From the NCBI GenBank assembly GCA_047285535.1, contig JBJBDC010000001.1:2368136-2432135 (forward strand): a stretch of DNA of 64,000 nucleotides, written 5' to 3'. Shown here piece after piece: positions 9,551 to 18,700 of the stretch. How positions within the stretch are numbered: the first letter of the stretch is position 1; every line of letters starts with the position of its first letter. The notes below the pieces were generated by a model. It did not search any database and was not told where the DNA came from. It saw nothing but the letters and a program-made list of their open reading frames with translations. The position numbers were made by a program, and so were the translations under genes. Origin of the DNA: Synechococcus sp. (GTDB taxonomy: Bacteria > Cyanobacteriota > Cyanobacteriia > PCC-6307 > Cyanobiaceae).

Positions 9551-11437
9551 ATGTGCGGAATTGTTGCGGTCATCGGTTCGCGAGATGCGGCACCGCTCCT
9601 GCTGGAAGGACTGCGTCAGTTGGAGTATCGCGGATATGACTCCGCTGGCATTGCCACGTTGCAAAACCAAGAGTTGCACTGCATCCGTGCCAAGGGAAAG
9701 CTGAACAACCTCACGTCCCGTGTGGAGAATGAGGGTGCTCCAGGGCTTTGTGGCATTGGTCATACCCGATGGGCCACCCATGGCAAGCCGGAGGAGCACA
9801 ACGCTCATCCCCATCGTGATGGAAGCGGCGGGGTTGCTGTTGTTCAAAACGGCATCATTGAAAATCACCGGGCCTTGCGGGAGGAGCTCACGGCTGCAGG
9901 GGTGAATTTTCTGTCCGAGACCGACACCGAGGTGATTCCTCATCTGATTGCGGCTCAACTCGAATTGATGGGGGTTGGAGAGGGCGCTGGTAATGGCAGT
10001 GTTCTGCTTCAAGCAGTCCAGGCTGTCTTGCCCCGTCTTCAAGGTGCTTATGCCCTGGCTGTGTTGTGGGCCGATGCCCCAGGTGCCCTGGTTGTGGCGC
10101 GCAGAGCTGCTCCGCTGTTGATTGGTCTTGGCGAGGGAGAATTTCTTTGCGCCAGTGACACTCCGGCGTTGGCGGGGTTCACGCGCACCATTCTGCCCAT
10201 GGAAGATGGCGAAGTTGCGCTGCTAAGCCCCCTTGGGATCGAGCTATATAACGCCCAGGGAGATCGGCAACAGCGCACACCATCAATTTTAAGTGGCTTT
10301 GATCACATTGCCGACAAGCGGCATTTTCGCCATTTCATGTTGAAGGAGATCCACGAGCAGCCCGAAACAGCAAGGCTCTGGGTTGATCGACATCTGCCAA
10401 CTGGCCTTCCCTCCTCTAATCCTGTAGCGCTTCCTTTTGAAGAGACTTTTTATGAGGGAGTCGAGCAGATTCAAATCTTGGCTTGTGGCACCAGTCGCCA
10501 TGCGGCTTTGGTAGGGGCCTATTTACTGGAACAGTTTGCTGGAATTCCAACAACAGTTTTCTATGCCAGCGAGTTTCGCTACGCACCACCTCCACTGGCG
10601 TCCCATACCCTCACGATCGGAGTCACTCAATCCGGGGAAACGGCCGATACCTTGGCAGCTCTCAGCATGGATGCCAAGCGGCGCCAGACCTATGGCCACG
10701 CCGATTACGCATCAAAGCAGCTTGGCGTGACCAATCGCACGGAGAGTTCCTTGGCCCGGCAGGTGCCTTACATCCTTGATATCGGTGCCGGGATCGAGGT
10801 GGGTGTTGCTGCCACGAAAACGTTTCTTGGTCAGTTGTTGGCTTTCTATGGACTGGCGGTTGCTTTCGCCGCAAGGCGGGGGCATCGCTCTGAGGCTGAG
10901 ATCAGCGCCTTGCTGGAAGAACTGCGGGCTTTGCCTAAGCAACTGGAGAGCTTGCTCGAGCATCACGACAAGGGCTCGGAAGCCTTGGCGCACCACTTTG
11001 CTGAAACCCAAGATGTGATCTTCTTAGGCCGAGGGATTAACTATCCGATTGCCCTGGAGGGAGCCCTCAAGCTCAAGGAAATCAGCTACATCCACGCAGA
11101 GGGCTATCCTGCTGGGGAAATGAAACATGGGCCAATCGCCCTGCTCGATTCACATGTGCCAGTGGTGTCGATTGCCATGCCTGGCTTGGTGTTTGAGAAG
11201 GTATTGAGCAATGCCCAGGAGGCTAAAGCCCGCGATGCGCAAATGATCGGTGTGGCGCCTGAAGGCCCTGATACGGAGTTGTTCGATGCGTTGCTGCCGG
11301 TGCCGGAAGTGAGCGAGTGGGTCAGCCCCCTACTCACTGTGGTGCCGATGCAATTGCTGAGTTATCACATTGCTGCCTACCGGGGCTTGGATGTCGACCA
11401 ACCGCGAAATTTGGCCAAAAGCGTGACGGTTGAGTGA
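9551..11437 (+). CDS. glmS: Glutamine--fructose-6-phosphate aminotransferase
   Basis: MCGIV start, GHTRWATHG, TQSGETADT, C-terminal PRNLAKSVTVE. Confidence 0.98.
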   Translation: MCGIVAVIGSRDAAPLLLEGLRQLEYRGYDSAGIATLQNQELHCIRAKGKLNNLTSRVENEGAPGLCGIGHTRWATHGKPEEHNAHPHRDGSGGVAVVQNGIIENHRALREELTAAGVNFLSETDTEVIPHLIAAQLELMGVGEGAGNGSVLLQAVQAVLPRLQGAYALAVLWADAPGALVVARRAAPLLIGLGEGEFLCASDTPALAGFTRTILPMEDGEVALLSPLGIELYNAQGDRQQRTPSILSGFDHIADKRHFRHFMLKEIHEQPETARLWVDRHLPTGLPSSNPVALPFEETFYEGVEQIQILACGTSRHAALVGAYLLEQFAGIPTTVFYASEFRYAPPPLASHTLTIGVTQSGETADTLAALSMDAKRRQTYGHADYASKQLGVTNRTESSLARQVPYILDIGAGIEVGVAATKTFLGQLLAFYGLAVAFAARRGHRSEAEISALLEELRALPKQLESLLEHHDKGSEALAHHFAETQDVIFLGRGINYPIALEGALKLKEISYIHAEGYPAGEMKHGPIALLDSHVPVVSIAMPGLVFEKVLSNAQEAKARDAQMIGVAPEGPDTELFDALLPVPEVSEWVSPLLTVVPMQLLSYHIAAYRGLDVDQPRNLAKSVTVE

Positions 11438-11456
11438 TTCATTCACGGTGTGATTA

Positions 11457-12911
11457 TTACGACGTGCTGGTCACTTGATCAGTTCGTCCGTAGCAGTCCT
11501 CAAAGCGCACGATGTCGTCTTCTCCGAGATATTCGCCGCTCTGAACCTCGATCATCTCCACTGGGATTCGCCCTGGGTTGGAGAGCCGATGTTTGCAACC
11601 AAGGGGGATATAGGTGCTTTGGTTTTCGCCGATCAGCTGCTTGTCCCCATCGCGTTCCACCAGGGCGGTTCCACGCACGACGACCCAATGTTCGGCTCTG
11701 TGATGGTGCATCTGCAGTGACAGGCTGGCGCCGGGATTCACTGAAATCCGTTTCACTTGCCAACGGCTACCTTCCACGATTCCGGTATAAGAGCCCCAAG
11801 GCCGATAAATCTTGCGGTGTGCTTTCCCTTCGGGACTGTTGGCTGCTTCCAGCTGCTTCACTACGGTTTTGACGTTCTGGGCTTGGCTGCGATCTGAGAT
11901 CAACACGGCGTCATCGGTTTCGACGACGACCAGGTTTTCAACGCCTAGACCTACGACCAGTCTGTGCTCACTGCGGAAGTAGCAGTTGCTGCTGCCTTGG
12001 CTGATCACCCGGCCACGCAACACATTGCCGTTTTCATCACGATCAGCTGTGTCCCAGAGGGCACTCCAGCTGCCCACATCACTCCATCCCGCATCGAGTG
12101 GAAGCATGGTTCCGAGCTCGGTTTGTTCCATGACGGCCACATCAATGGCCACATTGGGACATCTGGCGAAGGCCTCTCTCTCCAGCCGTAGGAAGTCCAA
12201 ATCGACCGCATCTTGTTCCAAGGCTGCTCGGCAGCAGCTCACAACCTCTGGTGCTAGTCGTTCGAGCTCAGCCAGCATGGCGCTGGCTTGAAAGAGGAAC
12301 ATCCCGCTATTCCAGGTGAAGCGACCACTCGCCAGGAAGCGTTCAGCGGTTTCTTGATCTGGCTTCTCGACGAAGCGTTTGATCGGAACTGGGGTCAAGG
12401 CACCGGTCTGGAGAGCGGCAGCGGCCTCGATGTAGCCATAGCCCGTTTCGGGTGCTGTAGGCACGATGCCAAAGGTCACCAAGCGTCCTGTCTCTGCTTC
12501 TTTGCGACCAGCGGCGATCGCAGCCTGAAAGTGGGCCTTATCGCGGATCACGTGGTCGGCAGCAAGGACGAGCAGTAGGGGGTCGTCTCCCCTTGCTGTC
12601 GCTTGAAGCGCAGCGACCGCAACCGCTGGTGCCGTATTTCGACCCATCGGTTCGAGCAAGATCGCTCCAGGCTCTACATCGATCTGGCGCATTTGCTCCG
12701 CCACGATGAAGCGATGATCCTCATTGCAGATCAGCAGAGGGCTCCCTAACGCTTCGATCCCAGCCAAGCGCTTTTGGGTTTGTTGAAGCAGGGTGTCATC
12801 GCCGCTGCCGCCCAGAGGCCAATATTGCTTCGGATAACTGGCGCGTGAGAGGGGCCAGAGGCGTGTTCCTGTTCCGCCACAAAGAATTACCGGAATCAGG
12901 GGGGTGGTCAC
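11457..12911 (-). CDS. manC: Mannose-1-phosphate guanylyltransferase / mannose-6-phosphate isomerase
   Basis: GGTGTRLWPLSRASYPKQ, RNTAPA, WSDVGSW, and cupin HHHRAEHW. Confidence 0.95.
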   Translation of the reverse strand: MTTPLIPVILCGGTGTRLWPLSRASYPKQYWPLGGSGDDTLLQQTQKRLAGIEALGSPLLICNEDHRFIVAEQMRQIDVEPGAILLEPMGRNTAPAVAVAALQATARGDDPLLLVLAADHVIRDKAHFQAAIAAGRKEAETGRLVTFGIVPTAPETGYGYIEAAAALQTGALTPVPIKRFVEKPDQETAERFLASGRFTWNSGMFLFQASAMLAELERLAPEVVSCCRAALEQDAVDLDFLRLEREAFARCPNVAIDVAVMEQTELGTMLPLDAGWSDVGSWSALWDTADRDENGNVLRGRVISQGSSNCYFRSEHRLVVGLGVENLVVVETDDAVLISDRSQAQNVKTVVKQLEAANSPEGKAHRKIYRPWGSYTGIVEGSRWQVKRISVNPGASLSLQMHHHRAEHWVVVRGTALVERDGDKQLIGENQSTYIPLGCKHRLSNPGRIPVEMIEVQSGEYLGEDDIVRFEDCYGRTDQVTSTS

Positions 12912-13319
12912 CGAGGGGCTGCCATCAATGGGAATCAGTGTCGCGCAGCTGAGGTGTTTGATTCAAGAGCTTTTGATGTCTATGCCTGCTTAGGAGGTTT
13001 TGTTGGCTGACAATCGCGAATTTGTTGTCCTCAGAGTTATGAAAAATGAGTGTTCATGGAAGCTTTGCCTTTTAGTTATTGCGTAAATCAGTAAGTTCGA
13101 ACTCTTCGTTCTCACGTCGGTGAAGAGCTCAATGCAGGCCTCACTCGTCAGAGAAATAAGTCGATCGTTGTGACTATCTTGCAGATTCCATCACGCAAGC
13201 TAGGTGGCATGGTCATCGGGCGTTTGAAAAAGCCTTCACCAATCCCTTGTCAATTCGTTCCATCGTCTACACCGATTTCAGACTGATTCCAAGAGCTTTT
13301 GCTTCTCCTTCCGGTCGCT

Positions 13320-14618
13320 ATGACTGACCACACCAATGAGGAGCATGCGCTCAGAGTTCTGTTCCGCTGCCTATGGAGTGGTCAGCTGATCTCCAACCTT
13401 GGGACCCAAACAAGTTTGTACGGAATTGGTCTTTGGTTGTTTTCCCAATCAGGACAGCTCTTGGATTTCGGTCTGGTGGCGGTGGTGGTGCAGGTGGCCC
13501 GGCTGCTGGCCTTACCTTTGCTGGCCTCGCGCCTGAACCTTTGGCCGCCGGCGTGGGTAATGCTGATGTCTCATGCTGTTGGCGCCTTGTGCACCTTGGC
13601 GTTGGCGTGGGTGTTGTTGGTCGCGCCGCAACAAGCCTTAGATCCGCCTTCACTAGCTCCGATTTTGTTGATTCAGGGGGTGGCTGCGATCGCTGAAGCA
13701 ACCCTGGTGTTGCGCTTCTCCAGCCTGATCCCGCTGCTGATTGCCGATGGCCCCACATTGATTCGGGCCAATGGATTGTTTGCAACCACCGATGGGTTGG
13801 TGGTGACGATGGCGCCCTTCCTCGGTACCTGGCTGGTGTCGTCGTTGGGGCTTGGGGGGGTCCTTGGTTTGGATGCCCTCAGTTTTGTGGTGGCGATGTC
13901 TTTAGTTCTTATGGCGCCCTGGAGTCAGGAGCTGCTTGAGCGGCTTCCATGCCCACCACCGTCGGATCCAATTGGATGGCGCACACTCCTTAGGCGGTTG
14001 CGTGGCTTCTGGCACAGGCGCATTCAGGCCAGGCAAGCGTTGCTGATTAGCGCCGGGGTGATGGGGGTGTATGCGGGTTGCGAGATCCTTTTTCCCGCCT
14101 GGGTGGCGGAAGGTTGGGGCCCCAATCGCATGGCGGGTGTGCTGGTGCTGGGCTGTACGGGCTATGTGGGAGGTTTCATCGCATGGCGCCTCTGGCTAGG
14201 TCGCTACTGGCGCTTGAGTGGCAGTTTGCTGTTGTTGCTTCAGGCCTTGATCTTGGTAGGCGCGGGTGTTCCAGCCTTGGCGCAGTCCGATTTGCTTTGG
14301 TTCGCCGGCGTGCTGGGTTTCAGCTTGGGCTTACCTGTGGTGACAGCGGCATTGCATCAGTCGTGGGTCACTCTGGCTCAACAAGAGGATCCCACCCGTG
14401 TGTTCGCCTTGCGCTACGGCTGTGAATGGACCAGTCGCCTGCTGGCCTTTCTTACGGTGTCCTTGTTGGCGGATCGGTTGGTGCGCCCTTATGTCTCTGC
14501 GGGCCTGGGTGAGAGTCCTGGCCATGCGTTGGCCTTAACGATGGCCGGTTTGGGAGTGCTGTTGCTGCTGGTGTTGGTTTCAGAGCAGGCTTTGAAGTCC
14601 AGGACTGCTTTGAAGTGA
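13320..14618 (+). CDS. MFS transporter (macrolide-efflux/DHA3-like)
   Basis: About 12 hydrophobic segments; LWSGQLISNLG, RANGL and APFLG...LDALSF typical of this MFS group. Confidence 0.8.
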   Translation: MTDHTNEEHALRVLFRCLWSGQLISNLGTQTSLYGIGLWLFSQSGQLLDFGLVAVVVQVARLLALPLLASRLNLWPPAWVMLMSHAVGALCTLALAWVLLVAPQQALDPPSLAPILLIQGVAAIAEATLVLRFSSLIPLLIADGPTLIRANGLFATTDGLVVTMAPFLGTWLVSSLGLGGVLGLDALSFVVAMSLVLMAPWSQELLERLPCPPPSDPIGWRTLLRRLRGFWHRRIQARQALLISAGVMGVYAGCEILFPAWVAEGWGPNRMAGVLVLGCTGYVGGFIAWRLWLGRYWRLSGSLLLLLQALILVGAGVPALAQSDLLWFAGVLGFSLGLPVVTAALHQSWVTLAQQEDPTRVFALRYGCEWTSRLLAFLTVSLLADRLVRPYVSAGLGESPGHALALTMAGLGVLLLLVLVSEQALKSRTALK

Positions 14619-14631
14619 GAGTCTTGCTGTT

Positions 14632-15741
14632 ATGCGCATCCTGATTTTTACCTCCAGTGGTGGCACCGCCCATGATGCAGCTGCCTATGCGTTGCAGGCT
14701 TGGCTTCGTCAGTGGGACCCCTTAGGTGAGGTGTGGGTGGATCATGTCCTGGAGAACGCAAGCCCCGTTTCGAGAGGGGGCGTGGCGCTCTACAACTGGA
14801 TCCAGCGCCATGCCCCCTGGCTGCACAAGATCTATTGGCGTCTCGTCGAATTTGAGGATTTGATGAAGCCCGGCACCATCACGTTTGGGCGCACATATGT
14901 CATTCGGCTGTTGCGCCGATTGCAACCTGATCTGCTGATTTCCACCCATCCCCATATCAATCGCGGTCATTTCGATCTGGCTCAGCGTGTGCTGCCAGGC
15001 CTGAGGTGTATGACCTGTTGCACTGAGTTGGATGGCGGATTCGGTTTTAGTCGCAACTGGTTGACCCGTCGGAGTGAAGCCTTTTGGACTCAGACTCCGG
15101 AAGTGGCTGCTGAAGTGCGTCGCCGGGGGTATCGGCGCATGAGGACGCCGGTGCTCGGTCCGCTCTTTGATCCTCGTTTTTTGATGGAACTGCGCAGTTT
15201 CACACCTGAGCCTGGGGATCTCCCCGTAGTGGTTCTGGGAAGTGGTGCAAATGGCGCGAATAATCACATTCGCTTGTTGGAGACGTTGAAGTCTCTGGCG
15301 GGCCGCATCCGGGTGGTGGCTTTGTGTGGCAAGCGCGAAGCGGCTAGAGAGCAGCTGGAGGCCTGGGCTCGAGCCCACCCGGAGCTTAGGGTCGAGGCGC
15401 TTGGCTTCCAGGATCCTGCCGGTATGGCCCGTCTCTATCGCCGCGCTTGGCTGATGGTGGCTCGACCTGGGGCCCGAACCGCAACGGAGGCTCTGGCCAG
15501 TGGTTGTGTGTTGGTTTTTAACGGCTTTGGTGGCTTCATGCCCCAGGAGTGGTTGGCGAGGAGCTACTTCGCTGCGCGTGGTCTGGATCTTGCGATTCGC
15601 AGGCCAAAGCAACTGCGGCCGTTGCTGGAGTCATTGCTGGCGCGGCCGGAGCGCTACCGGGCGCTGAAACAGGGCCTTGAGGCGCATCGGCTGAGTGGAA
15701 AGCCAGAGGCCATTCGTGCTCTTTTACTGGCAGATGGGTGA
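14632..15741 (+). CDS. GT28 UgtP/MGDG-synthase-like glycosyltransferase
   Basis: RILIFTSSGGTAHDAAA, PDLLISTHP, GSGANG, VALCGK, VARPGARTATEAL, PQE. Confidence 0.8.
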   Translation: MRILIFTSSGGTAHDAAAYALQAWLRQWDPLGEVWVDHVLENASPVSRGGVALYNWIQRHAPWLHKIYWRLVEFEDLMKPGTITFGRTYVIRLLRRLQPDLLISTHPHINRGHFDLAQRVLPGLRCMTCCTELDGGFGFSRNWLTRRSEAFWTQTPEVAAEVRRRGYRRMRTPVLGPLFDPRFLMELRSFTPEPGDLPVVVLGSGANGANNHIRLLETLKSLAGRIRVVALCGKREAAREQLEAWARAHPELRVEALGFQDPAGMARLYRRAWLMVARPGARTATEALASGCVLVFNGFGGFMPQEWLARSYFAARGLDLAIRRPKQLRPLLESLLARPERYRALKQGLEAHRLSGKPEAIRALLLADG

Positions 15742-18700
15742 AGACGGACTGATGAATTGGCACCAGAACGCTACCGATGATCTCAACGCAGAGTCGTCCC
15801 TGAATTTAGAGCCGATTGCTGTGCTGGGGATGGGATGCAGGCTTCCTGGTGGCATTGAGAGTCCTGAGCAATTTTGGGAGTTGTTGGCTGATGGACGGGA
15901 GACGATTACTGAGGTGCCAGCAAGCCGTTGGGATCAGAGCTTGCATTACCACCCCGACCCACGCCATCCCCTTACCCAGCATGTGAGTCGGGGCGGCTTC
16001 GTGCAGGGGATTGACCAGTTTGACCCTGCGTTTTTTGGGATCAGCCCGCGCGAAGCAGTGTGCATGGATCCTCAGCAGAGGATGTTGCTAGAGGTGGCCT
16101 GGCGGGCGATTGAAAATGGTGGTCAACCGCTGGAGCGGCTCAAGGGTCGTGCCGTGGGGGTGTTTATGGGCATCTCCAGTACTGATTACGCAGCCTTGCT
16201 TTGGGCTTCGGAAGATCGTTGGCTCACCCCCGATAACGATCCTTTCATTTTGGCGGGTAACACCGGTTCCATTGCTGCCAATCGGATCTCCTATCTCTTT
16301 GATCTTCGAGGGCCGAGCTACACGATCGATACGGCCTGTTCTTCGTCGTTGGTGGCTGTGGATCAGGCCTGCGCCAGTCTCTGGAGAGGCGAATCTGAAC
16401 TGGCGCTGGTCGGGGGCGTCCAAGCTCTGATTCATCCGGCGATGCAGACCATGTTCTGCAAGGCAGGATTGTTATCTCCTGCAGGGCGTTGCAGCAGTTT
16501 TGATGCCGCAGCGGATGGGTATGTGCGTTCAGAGGGTGCAGGAGCGGTCTTGCTCAAACCATTGGCTGCTGCATTGAAGGATGGGGATCCCGTACAAGCT
16601 TTGATCCGCGGGACGGCAGTGAATTCCGATGGACGCAGTCCAGGCATGGCCGCTCCCAGTGTCAAAGCCCAGGCGGCCTGCATGAAACAGGCCTATGCCC
16701 GCGCAGGTCTTGATCCGAGAGATTGCCTTTATGTGGAGGCCCATGGCACAGGAACCCGTCAGGGGGATCCGATTGAATTGCGCGCCTTGGGGAGTGTGTT
16801 GGCTCCTGGCCGGGACTCCGATTCGCCCTGTCGGGTGGGATCGGTGAAATCAAATCTCGGCCACAGTGAAACTGCGGCTGGGATCACAGGCTTGATCAAG
16901 GCGGTGCTCTGCTTGCAACAAAGGCAACTGCCGGCCAGCTTGCATCTCAAGACGCCCAATCCGTCGGTTGATTTCGCTGCTCTTCGCCTGCAGGTGCAAA
17001 CAGTGCTCGAACCCTTCCCGGAGCTTGAGAGCGAGCCGGTGTTGGGCGTTAGTTCCTTCGGCTTTGGCGGCACCAATGCCCACGCGGTTCTCACTCCGGC
17101 ACCCGAGCAATCTCCCCAAGAAACAGAGCATGAGCATGGGCCCTGGGTGCTAGTGCTCAGTGCTCGCAGCGAAGTGGCGCTCAACCACCTCAGGCGTGAG
17201 ACAGCCGATTGGTTGGAAGCCGACCCCAGTCTCAATTTGGCAGATGTTTCTGCCACCAGCCTTCGAGGGCGTAGCCGTTTCCCCCATGCATTGGCTTGTC
17301 GTTACAGCAATCACCAGGATTTGCTGGTCCAATTACGGGGAGAGCAGCCCGTTAGCTGGCAGGGGATGCTCTCCGAAGAAGGTCCTGCAGAGCTTCAGGC
17401 CTTAATCAAGGCCTGCAAGCCGCTGCCGGAGCGACACCGCTGGCTGCCGCTGCCTGGGCACCCTTTCCTGCGGCAACGCTTCTGGTGGCCTCAGGCTGAC
17501 GCTGATGATGCGGTAAAGGGTGCGTCTCTTTGGCTTGATCGGCTTGGTTTAGGTCAAGTGGTTAATGACACTCAGGCGCATGCCTGGCAACGTTTGGACT
17601 TGCCTGGTGAAAGTCAGTACCTGCAGGCAAGGATTCTTGAGCCCAGTCAGGGAGATCTGGACGACCATCGCATCCGTGGCCAGATCGTTTATCCAATAGC
17701 TGGGCATCTGGCGCTCGCTTTCGATTGGTTGCAGCGCAATCGAGAGCCTCTGCAGCTTCAGAAGTTCGTGCTCGACACCCCTTTGCGCCTTGATCACCGG
17801 AGTGATGTCACGCTGCAGGCCGTGCTGAAGGATCAGCAGCTGGAGCTGTTCAGCCGTTCGGATGGGGAGGAAGGCAACTGGTGCCGCCACGGCGCTTTAG
17901 CCATGGTTTCCACTGCTGAATGGGACCTGTCGCCACATCCATTGATCGACGAAGACAGGGAGCAGGAGCGAAAGGACTGTGGGGAGTTTTATGCCGAGCT
18001 GCACAGTCACGGGTTGGAGTACGGCCCGAAGTATCAGCCGATTCTCAGTTTGCGTGCCCAGAACGGGATTGCTGAGGCCGAACTGCAGCGGCCAGCGGAT
18101 GCCCCAGATCGATGCCTTCTCGATGGATGCCTTCAGGTGGTGGCTGCGACCTTGCCTCAGGGTTCGGCGAGAGCTCAGCTGCTGTTGCCGATTGGATTGG
18201 AGCGGATCCAGATGCAGTCTTGGCCACTGCCCGAGCGGTTGCAGTGCTGGGCGCAGAAGCGTCCTGATGATGGTCAGGCTGATCCTTCTCTATTAGTTGC
18301 GGATCTCTGGATCGAGGCGGATGGTCAACGCGTTGGCTGGATCGAGGGTCTGAGGGCGCGCCGCCTCCCGCGGCCAATGCTCGAGCTGCTTTTCCCTCTG
18401 CCCCCACCTCCTGCAGGACCGGACTTGCTGGAAACCCGCTGGGAGCAGCTCGAGGTTTTGCCAGATCCGCCAGCCGTCTCGATACCCGAGGACTCCAATG
18501 AGGTGGCGGAGCAGTTCGTTGAACTCGAGGACATGACGACGGCCTTGTTTCTGGAGAAGGTTCAGGCTTACGCAGCGGATGAACCCCTTCAATTGAGGGT
18601 GATCGTTCGGGATGCCGGTGACGATGCGCTCGCTCTGCGAGCAGCATTGCGCTGCCTGGCCATGGAAAGATCTCGTTGGACCTGTAGCTGGTGGCAGCTA

